From assembly GCA_041562415.1 (NCBI GenBank), contig JBFEXY010000001.1, positions 1 through 34,833 of the forward strand: a stretch of 34,833 nt of DNA, written 5' to 3'. The notes beneath the pieces are model-generated. The model ran no database searches, was not told the DNA's origin, and was given only the letters and a program-made list of their open reading frames with translations. A program made the translations under genes and the position numbers. Of the stretch, positions 27,629-33,577 are shown in pieces. The stretch comes from Woeseiaceae bacterium. Lineage in GTDB: Bacteria > Pseudomonadota > Gammaproteobacteria > Steroidobacterales > Woeseiaceae. Numbering within the stretch: position 1 is the first letter of the stretch; every line of letters starts with the position of its first letter.

Positions 27629-29386
27629 ATCGCCGCAAGTACGCCAACTGACCGTGATACCGCCGATATTTACAAACGGCTGTGGCGCTATGTATTGCCG
27701 CACAAGGGAATCGGGATCATTGCCGTTATTGGCATGGCCGCAACTGCACTGATCGAAGCGAGCCTCGTCTACTTGCTGGAACCGTTGATGGATGAGGCGC
27801 TCGTCGCAAGGAATCTCGAAACGGCAAAGTGGTTGCCGATCGCTTTCATCGGGATTTTTATTGCCCGCGGTATCGCCGGTTTTGCCACGGAGGCATCGCT
27901 GGGCTGGATCGGCCGTAGCGTAATCAGCTCGTTGCGGCGGGAAGTCTTCAATAAGTTTCTTACCCTGCCATCCCGGTTCTTCGATGATCGATCGACCGGG
28001 CCACTGTTGTCACGCATGACCTACAACGTCGAGATGGTCGCAGAATCCGTGACGAGCGTGGTTACGATCGCCATTCGCGACGTATTGACAGTATTTGCCG
28101 CATTCGGCGTGATGCTGATCCAGAGCCCAAGGCTAACGGTGTTCGTAGTCATTCTCTTTCCCGTCATAGCGCTGCTCATCAGGGTTCTGGGGGTCGCCTT
28201 CAGGCGTTACAGCAATCGCATCCAGGACTCCGTGGGTGAAGTCACGCAGGTGACGGAAGAAATCGTCCGCGGCAACTGGGTAGTCAAGATGTTCGGTGGC
28301 TATAACTATGAGCGTGATCGTCTTGCCGAGGTCGACGAGAGGAATCGCAAACAGAATCTCAAGTTGATTCGCGTCAGGTCGATGGGAGTGGCCGTCACGC
28401 AGACGATATTCGGTTTCGGGGTGGCCCTGGTTATCTATATGGCCAGCCGGGAGTCGCTCGAAGGTCACCTCACCGCCGGACAGTTCATCTCCTTTTTCAG
28501 CGCCATGATGCTGATGCTGCAACCGGTCCGGCGCATCACCAACGTGAATGCCACACTGCAACGCGGTGTCGCTGGAGCGGACAGCCTGTTCTCGATCATG
28601 GACGAGCCCGACGAGATCGACACGGGTTCGATCGAGAAGAATGACGTTCGCGGGGACATAGAGTTCTGCAACGTCAGCTTCGGTTATGGTGAAGAGGATG
28701 GCGCGGTGCTGAGCGATGTCTCCGTGTCGATTGGCGCAGGGCAGACGCTCGCTATCGTCGGCCATTCCGGGAGTGGTAAATCCACGCTCGTAAGTCTGCT
28801 GCCGCGCTTTTACGAAGTGAGCGCCGGCGACATACTGTTGGACGGCGTATCGATCCGCGACTACAAGCTGTCCAACCTGCGTGACAACATCAGCCTGGTC
28901 AGCCAGGATGTGGTCCTGTTCGACGACACGATTGCGAATAATCTCGCGTATGGGGAACTCCGCGTGCATTCGCGGGAAGAACTACTCAGGGCAGCCGAGG
29001 CCGCCCATGTCCTCGACTTCGCAAATGAGCTGCCGAAGGGCCTCGAGACCAGGGTCGGTGATCGCGGTGCGTTGCTGTCCGGTGGGCAGAAGCAGCGCGT
29101 CGCTATCGGCAGGGCGCTACTGAAGGACGCACCGGTACTCATCCTGGACGAGGCTACGTCTGCACTGGACTCGAAGTCCGAACGTCACATCCAGGAGGGT
29201 CTCGCGGAACTCATGAAGAATCGGACGACGCTCGTAATAGCGCACCGGCTTTCGACAGTTGAAAACGCCGACCGCATAATCGTCCTGGATGCGGGCAGGA
29301 TCGTCGAGTCCGGGACGCATGCCGAATTGCTCGCGGCCGGCGGCCACTACGCGGTGCTGTATCGGATGCAGTTCAGCGAGCAATGA
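27629..29386 (+). CDS. msbA: Lipid A export ABC transporter MsbA (permease-ATPase fusion); probable non-canonical ATC start
   Basis: Six-TM domain plus an NBD with GHSGSGKSTL, LSGGQKQRVAIGRAL and ILILDEATSALD. The conserved N-terminal DIYKRLWRYVLPHKG is encoded upstream of the only listed start (TTG 27695). In that stretch no ATG, GTG or TTG is in frame. GGGAG (27617-27621), 7 nt, then ATC 27629. Confidence 0.85.
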   Translation: MAASTPTDRDTADIYKRLWRYVLPHKGIGIIAVIGMAATALIEASLVYLLEPLMDEALVARNLETAKWLPIAFIGIFIARGIAGFATEASLGWIGRSVISSLRREVFNKFLTLPSRFFDDRSTGPLLSRMTYNVEMVAESVTSVVTIAIRDVLTVFAAFGVMLIQSPRLTVFVVILFPVIALLIRVLGVAFRRYSNRIQDSVGEVTQVTEEIVRGNWVVKMFGGYNYERDRLAEVDERNRKQNLKLIRVRSMGVAVTQTIFGFGVALVIYMASRESLEGHLTAGQFISFFSAMMLMLQPVRRITNVNATLQRGVAGADSLFSIMDEPDEIDTGSIEKNDVRGDIEFCNVSFGYGEEDGAVLSDVSVSIGAGQTLAIVGHSGSGKSTLVSLLPRFYEVSAGDILLDGVSIRDYKLSNLRDNISLVSQDVVLFDDTIANNLAYGELRVHSREELLRAAEAAHVLDFANELPKGLETRVGDRGALLSGGQKQRVAIGRALLKDAPVLILDEATSALDSKSERHIQEGLAELMKNRTTLVIAHRLSTVENADRIIVLDAGRIVESGTHAELLAAGGHYAVLYRMQFSEQ

Positions 29387-29396
29387 TTCTTTTGCG

Positions 29397-30437
29397 GTGA
29401 AGGACACGGCTCACACCTGGTTCCATCGTGCCTGGTACGGCGGGCACGGCTGGTACCGCGTGTTGCTGCCGCTGTCGGGTGTCTACTCGCTGCTATCCGC
29501 GGGCAGGCGCTTCCTGTATCGCGCAGGTCTGATGCGCACACGGCGTGCGAAAGTTCCAGTCATTGTCATTGGCAATGTCACGGCAGGGGGCACGGGCAAG
29601 ACCCCGGTGACCGTATGGCTGGCCGGTTCGCTGGCAGAGCGTGGCTTCTCACCAGGAGTCGTCAGCCGTGGTTATGGCGGCAGCAAATCGGGCACGTCCA
29701 TGCGCGTCGATGCCCGTAGCGATCCGGCCGTGGTTGGCGACGAACCGGTGCTCATCGCAATGCGGACCGGCCGTCCGGTCGTCGTAGATGCCGATCGTGC
29801 GCGCGGCGCGGCGATGCTGGTCCAGGATGGCGCCGACATCGTTATTGCGGATGACGGCCTGCAGCATTATGCGCTGGCCAGGGATTACGAGATTTGTGTT
29901 GTTGATGGCGCCAGGGGGCTCGGGAACGGGAAGTTGCTTCCTGCCGGACCGCTGCGCGAGCCGGTCAGCCGCATCGGGGAGGTGGATCAGGTTCTGATCA
30001 ATGGCCGACTGCGCGAACGAAGCGGAGACATGCCGACCGGGATGCAGAATGCGATCGAATTTCGGCTTGTCGCCACCGATGCTCGCAGGCTGAACGGCTC
30101 GCTGACCCGCTCGCTTGATCGCTTCGCTGGCACGACGGTGCACGCCGTGGCTGCGATAGGAAATCCCGGTCGCTTCTTCGATACCTTACGCGGACACGGC
30201 GTGCAGGTAATCGAGCACGCATATCCCGATCATGCGCCGCTGGACCCCGGCGAACTCGACTTCGGTGACAGCTTCGATATCCTGATGACAGAAAAAGACG
30301 CTGTTAAGTTTCCACGTCAGGTAGCAGACCGCTTCTGGTATGTACCGGTGGATGTCGAGATCGACCCAGTAATCGCCGCGCCCTGGCTGGAGCAGATTGA
30401 ATCGCGCATGCGAAACGAGCAGGCAGACAATGATTGA
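29397..30437 (+). CDS. lpxK: Tetraacyldisaccharide 4'-kinase
   Basis: VPVIVIGNVTAGGTGKTPV P-loop, VVSRGYGG and GDEPVL. GTG 29397 lies 10 nt after the msbA stop; the track start at 29289 overlaps msbA. Confidence 0.9.
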   Translation: MKDTAHTWFHRAWYGGHGWYRVLLPLSGVYSLLSAGRRFLYRAGLMRTRRAKVPVIVIGNVTAGGTGKTPVTVWLAGSLAERGFSPGVVSRGYGGSKSGTSMRVDARSDPAVVGDEPVLIAMRTGRPVVVDADRARGAAMLVQDGADIVIADDGLQHYALARDYEICVVDGARGLGNGKLLPAGPLREPVSRIGEVDQVLINGRLRERSGDMPTGMQNAIEFRLVATDARRLNGSLTRSLDRFAGTTVHAVAAIGNPGRFFDTLRGHGVQVIEHAYPDHAPLDPGELDFGDSFDILMTEKDAVKFPRQVADRFWYVPVDVEIDPVIAAPWLEQIESRMRNEQADND

Positions 30438-31182
30438 TTTTGTGGTCGTCATTCCGGCGCGCTACGCGTCGACGCGCTTGCCCGGCAAGCCGTTGCGGGA
30501 GATCAACGGCAAAACCATGATCGAGCACGTATACCGACGCGGCTCCGAGAGCGGTGCGCGGGACGTTGTAATTGCGACAGACGATGAGCGCATCGCAGAA
30601 GTCGCCGAGAGCTTCGGTTCAACCGTATGTATGACAGGCGATCATCATCGCTCCGGCACAGAGCGCATCGCGGAAGTGGCCGATCTGATGGACTGGCACG
30701 ACGAGACCATCGTTATCAACCTGCAGGGCGACGAACCGGCGATGCCGCCCGAATTGATCGACCAATGTGCGATCTTGCTGGACGAGTCGTCGGCCGACCT
30801 CGCCACGCTGGCATCGCCGATCCGGTCGGATGAAGACTTCAGCAACCCGAACGTCGTTAAGGTCATACTCGACAACGACGGCTTCGCGATCTACTTCAGT
30901 CGCGCAATGATTCCATTCCCGCGGGATGCGGCACGACTTTCGGACGCGAGGGCAGCGGCACTGCACCACCACGGCATATATGCGTATCGCTGCGGGATAC
31001 TGCGCAGGCTGGTGGCATCCGAGCCGTCGGCGATCGAGCTTGCAGAGCATCTCGAACAGTTACGCGCACTGTCGCTCGGCATGACGATCAGGGTCGGCGT
31101 CCCCGACGTACGGCCCGGTGCAGGCGTCGACACGGAGGAAGACCTGGCGGCTGCGGCACGCGAACTTGGGAGGCGCTCATGA
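30430..31182 (+). CDS. kdsB: 3-deoxy-manno-octulosonate cytidylyltransferase (CMP-KDO synthetase)
   Basis: VVVIPARYASTRLPGKPL, NLQGDEP and HHGIYAYR motifs. ATG 30430 overlaps the lpxK stop by 8 nt. Confidence 0.92.
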   Translation: MIDFVVVIPARYASTRLPGKPLREINGKTMIEHVYRRGSESGARDVVIATDDERIAEVAESFGSTVCMTGDHHRSGTERIAEVADLMDWHDETIVINLQGDEPAMPPELIDQCAILLDESSADLATLASPIRSDEDFSNPNVVKVILDNDGFAIYFSRAMIPFPRDAARLSDARAAALHHHGIYAYRCGILRRLVASEPSAIELAEHLEQLRALSLGMTIRVGVPDVRPGAGVDTEEDLAAAARELGRRS

Positions 31183-31952
31183 AGGGTTTCAGCGCCGCCT
31201 GCCGCGAGATTTACTATGGCCTGTCGCCGCGAGCGTTGCGCGCACAGTATCTGTTCCTTGTATTCGATCTGCTGGTGATCAGCTATTTCGTGGTGACGAC
31301 GTTCCTCGATCCCTACGGCTGGATCGTCACGGTCGACATGATCATCGGCGTAATCCTGGTCATCGATTTTCTTTGCAGGCTTGCAGCCCAGAGAGATCGC
31401 GGGGCTTTCCTCGTCAAGCCGATGACCGTCATCGATTTCGTCGTAATCGCCTCGCTGTTCGTGCCTGCATTGATCGGCAACTTCGCGTTTCTGCGTCTCG
31501 TCCGGTCGCTGCGCCTGTTGCGTTCATACGTCGTCGTGCGTGAACTCCGCAAGCATTTCCGCGTCTTCACCAAGAACGAGGAGGTGATTTTCAGCGCGAT
31601 GAACCTGATCGTCTTCATCTTTCTCGTCACGGCAACCGTTTACGAGTTCCAGGTGCCGGTCAACGACTCGATCAACAACTACATCGATGCGCTGTACTTC
31701 ACGATCACCACACTGACGACGACGGGATTCGGTGACGTTATTTTGGTTGGCAGCACCGGCAGGCTGCTGGCCGTGGTCATCATGATCGTCGGCGTGGCGC
31801 TATTCCTGCGGCTGGTACAGACCATCTTCCGTCCCACCAAGGTGAAGTATGAGTGCCCCGATTGCGGGCTGTCTCGTCACGAACTGGATGCCATTCACTG
31901 TAAGCATTGCGGCCGCCAGTTGCGTATACGTACAGAAGGGCTGCCGGGATAA
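31179..31952 (+). CDS. Compact 6-TM voltage-sensor-type K+ channel with a C-terminal CxxC-x11-CxxC zinc ribbon
   Basis: S4-like FLRLVRSLRLLR has Arg at every third residue. The pore is YFTITTLTTTGFGDV (GFGD selectivity-filter variant). The tail is CPDCGLSRHELDAIHCKHCG. ATGA overlap with kdsB, with GGGAGG 5 nt upstream. Confidence 0.8.
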   Translation: MKGFSAACREIYYGLSPRALRAQYLFLVFDLLVISYFVVTTFLDPYGWIVTVDMIIGVILVIDFLCRLAAQRDRGAFLVKPMTVIDFVVIASLFVPALIGNFAFLRLVRSLRLLRSYVVVRELRKHFRVFTKNEEVIFSAMNLIVFIFLVTATVYEFQVPVNDSINNYIDALYFTITTLTTTGFGDVILVGSTGRLLAVVIMIVGVALFLRLVQTIFRPTKVKYECPDCGLSRHELDAIHCKHCGRQLRIRTEGLPG

Positions 31953-31994
31953 CGGTGGCGAATGCGGCGCCCGGGTCGCGTCCTTAAGTGCGGG

Positions 31995-32048
31995 TTGTCG
32001 ATGACATCTTGTCTAAGTATTGTCTAACAAATATTCCGACACTATACT
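31995..32048 (+). promoter_or_regulatory. Promoter of the MerR-family gene with tandem TTGTCTAA repeats overlapping the -35
   Basis: TTGTCTAA at 32009-32016 and 32020-32027 (11-bp phasing), with an extra TTGTC at 31995. TTGTCT (32020-32025), a 17-nt spacer, then TATACT (32043-32048). Confidence 0.55.
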
Positions 32049-32109
32049 TGCGCCTGATTCCCAGCCGATGCGGCCGAGCGTTTAGCCTCGGACCCTTCAG
32101 GAGACGACT

Positions 32110-33087
32110 ATGTCTGAAAATACCGCCGATACCCTGCTCTACGGCATCGGAGCCGTCGCCAAGCTCACGGGCCTTACCGACCACACTATCCGCGTCTGGG
32201 AGCGCCGCTATGCCGCGGTAGTAACCACCAGGGCGCCCAACGGCCGCCGACAGTACACGGAATCCGATGTGGAGAAGCTCGGACTGCTGAAATCCTTGAC
32301 GGACCGGGGCATTTCCATAAGCCGCATTGCGGGTGATTCCGTCGACGCACTCAAGGCCAGGGCACACAGTTTGCGGGATCTTGCGCCTGGACCGGGCCCC
32401 GATACGATCACGGTCGCACTGCTTGGCGACTTCCTGCCTCGCCAGCTAAGCGAGGAACAACACGGCAAGGCGCCGCTTGATATCCGCGTGGCCGATTCCA
32501 GCCGCGAGCGATTCAAAGCAGACCTGGGGCAACAACCGGTCGATGTCGTCGTGCTGGAAAGACCGGTTCTGGACACAGAGACCGTGGCGGAAATGCAGGA
32601 GTACCTGTCGGAAGGCAACGCCAGCCGCGGCGTCATTGTCTACTCTTTCGGACGGTCACAAGACATTGAATTTGCAAGAAAAGAAGGCATCGAAGCTGTG
32701 CGCGCGCCGATCGGCGCAGAGGAATTACACGCGGCCGCCACGCGCAGCCGACTAGAGGTCCATGGTGCGATGACCGAATCGCGGCCAGTCGAGGATGCCG
32801 CGACCGATTGGGATTTCACCGGCCCGGTTGCCGTTCGCCGCTTCAGCCCGCAACAGCTTGCAAACCTCGCGTCTGTCGAAAGCAATGTCGATTGCGAGTG
32901 TCCAAAACATCTTGCACAACTGGTTTCCGACCTGAGTGCGTTCGAGATTTACAGTGACCGGTGCGCTAACAAGGGCGACGAGGATGCTGCACTGCACCGC
33001 TACCTGCATCGGGCGACCGCCGGGGCGCGAGTACTTGTCGAGAAGGCGCTGCAGAAGCTCGCGGACGCCGAAGGGCTGAGCTTCTGA
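32110..33087 (+). CDS. MerR-family transcriptional regulator, LitR/CarH-like architecture but without a B12-binding His motif; Cys/His-rich C-terminal domain
   Basis: N-terminal MerR HTH is YGIGAVAKLTGLTDHTIRVWERRY...RRQYTESDVEKLGLLKSL. A central flavodoxin-like segment follows (ITVALLGDF..., VDVVVLERP..., RGVIVYSFG..., GIEAVRAPIGAEEL). The C-terminus is VDCECPKHLAQLVSDLSAFEIYSDRCANKGDEDAALHRYLH. AGGAG lies 6 nt before the ATG. Confidence 0.85.
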   Translation: MSENTADTLLYGIGAVAKLTGLTDHTIRVWERRYAAVVTTRAPNGRRQYTESDVEKLGLLKSLTDRGISISRIAGDSVDALKARAHSLRDLAPGPGPDTITVALLGDFLPRQLSEEQHGKAPLDIRVADSSRERFKADLGQQPVDVVVLERPVLDTETVAEMQEYLSEGNASRGVIVYSFGRSQDIEFARKEGIEAVRAPIGAEELHAAATRSRLEVHGAMTESRPVEDAATDWDFTGPVAVRRFSPQQLANLASVESNVDCECPKHLAQLVSDLSAFEIYSDRCANKGDEDAALHRYLHRATAGARVLVEKALQKLADAEGLSF

Positions 33088-33112
33088 CGGCCCGTGAAGC
33101 ACCGTGATTATG

Positions 33113-33139
33113 TTTTGTCTATAAAATAAATAGACAAAA
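33113..33139. promoter_or_regulatory. Perfect 10-bp-arm palindrome (putative operator) sharing the TTGTCTA half-site with the merR-family promoter
   Basis: TTTTGTCTAT-AAAATAA-ATAGACAAAA. It ends 2 nt before a consensus -35 TTGACA. Confidence 0.55.
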
Positions 33140-33141
33140 GG

Positions 33142-33169
33142 TTGACAATAATTTATTTCCAGGTATTCT
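33142..33169 (+). promoter_or_regulatory. Strong sigma-70-type promoter
   Basis: TTGACA (33142-33147), a 16-nt AT-rich spacer, then TATTCT (33164-33169). Confidence 0.55.
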
Positions 33170-33174
33170 GAGGT

Positions 33175-33278
33175 TTCGGTCACAGCACAAATGTGCAACC
33201 GCTTAGAGACAGTCTTCACCTCCCCCGAACCCGCTGTCTCTGCTCTAGGTGGCCGACGCTCGCGTCGGCCACTTTTTT
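33175..33278 (+). ncRNA. Candidate ~100-nt sRNA or 5' leader: hairpin with anti-SD-like loop plus intrinsic terminator (5' end predicted, not observed)
   Basis: Hairpin 33204-33212 / 33234-33242 (8 Watson-Crick pairs + 1 GU) with the loop UCUUCACCUCCCCCGAACCCG. The terminator follows at 33249-33278. No SD-led ORF fits inside. Confidence 0.45.
33249..33278 (+). terminator. Rho-independent terminator
   Basis: GTGGCCGACG-CTCG-CGTCGGCCAC (10-bp GC-rich stem, 4-nt loop) followed directly by TTTTTT. Confidence 0.85.
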
Positions 33279-33343
33279 GACCAGAGATATGGCCACGGTC
33301 CGGACCGAAACATGCGGATCGGCTTTTGGAAAGGGGAGCGCCC

Positions 33344-33424
33344 GTGGCAGGCACGCCGCCGTCGCGAGGATCAGGTGAGCAGAGTTACGTCTCCGTAGCG
33401 GCTAACTGCAGGGAGTCTCGGTGA
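33344..33424 (+). CDS. Hypothetical 26-codon upstream micro-ORF (speculative)
   Basis: GGGGAG (33333-33338), 5 nt, then GTG 33344. Peptide VAGTPPSRGSGEQSYVSVAANCRESR. Stop TGA 33422-33424 overlaps the next start (GTGATG). Confidence 0.2.
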   Translation: MAGTPPSRGSGEQSYVSVAANCRESR

Positions 33425-33567
33425 TGCTCATGTTCGGCTTCTTCATGTCTGTTCTCGCGGTGATGCTTTTCGTCGAATGGCAGTACTCGGTGATGCGTCG
33501 ACGCATACAGGTACGCTCGGAAGACCGCCCACGGTCACGATCTCTAACGCAAGAAAGGCGCTACTGA
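33424..33567 (+). CDS. Hypothetical 47-aa single-pass membrane micro-protein (below the ORF-track length cutoff)
   Basis: AGGGAG (33410-33415) lies 8 nt before ATG 33424, and GTG 33421 is also possible. Peptide MLMFGFFMSVLAVMLFVEWQYSVMRRRIQVRSEDRPRSRSLTQERRY: a hydrophobic helix followed by a basic tail. The stop lies 10 nt before the photolyase-like gene. Confidence 0.4.
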   Translation: MLMFGFFMSVLAVMLFVEWQYSVMRRRIQVRSEDRPRSRSLTQERRY

Positions 33568-33577
33568 GTCGCCAGCC

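Noticed and set aside
33113-33139. The palindrome read as an intrinsic terminator for the MerR-family gene
   Set aside because: The stem is AT-rich (3 GC in 10 bp) and is not followed by a U-tract. The same half-site recurs at the regulator's promoter, which favours an operator. A 3'-end mapping experiment could still prove me wrong.
33193-33378. 61-aa ORF (GTG start) listed in the track
   Set aside because: It has no SD and reads straight through both RNA hairpins and the terminator T-tract. The composition is unremarkable, and the region is better explained as a structured RNA.
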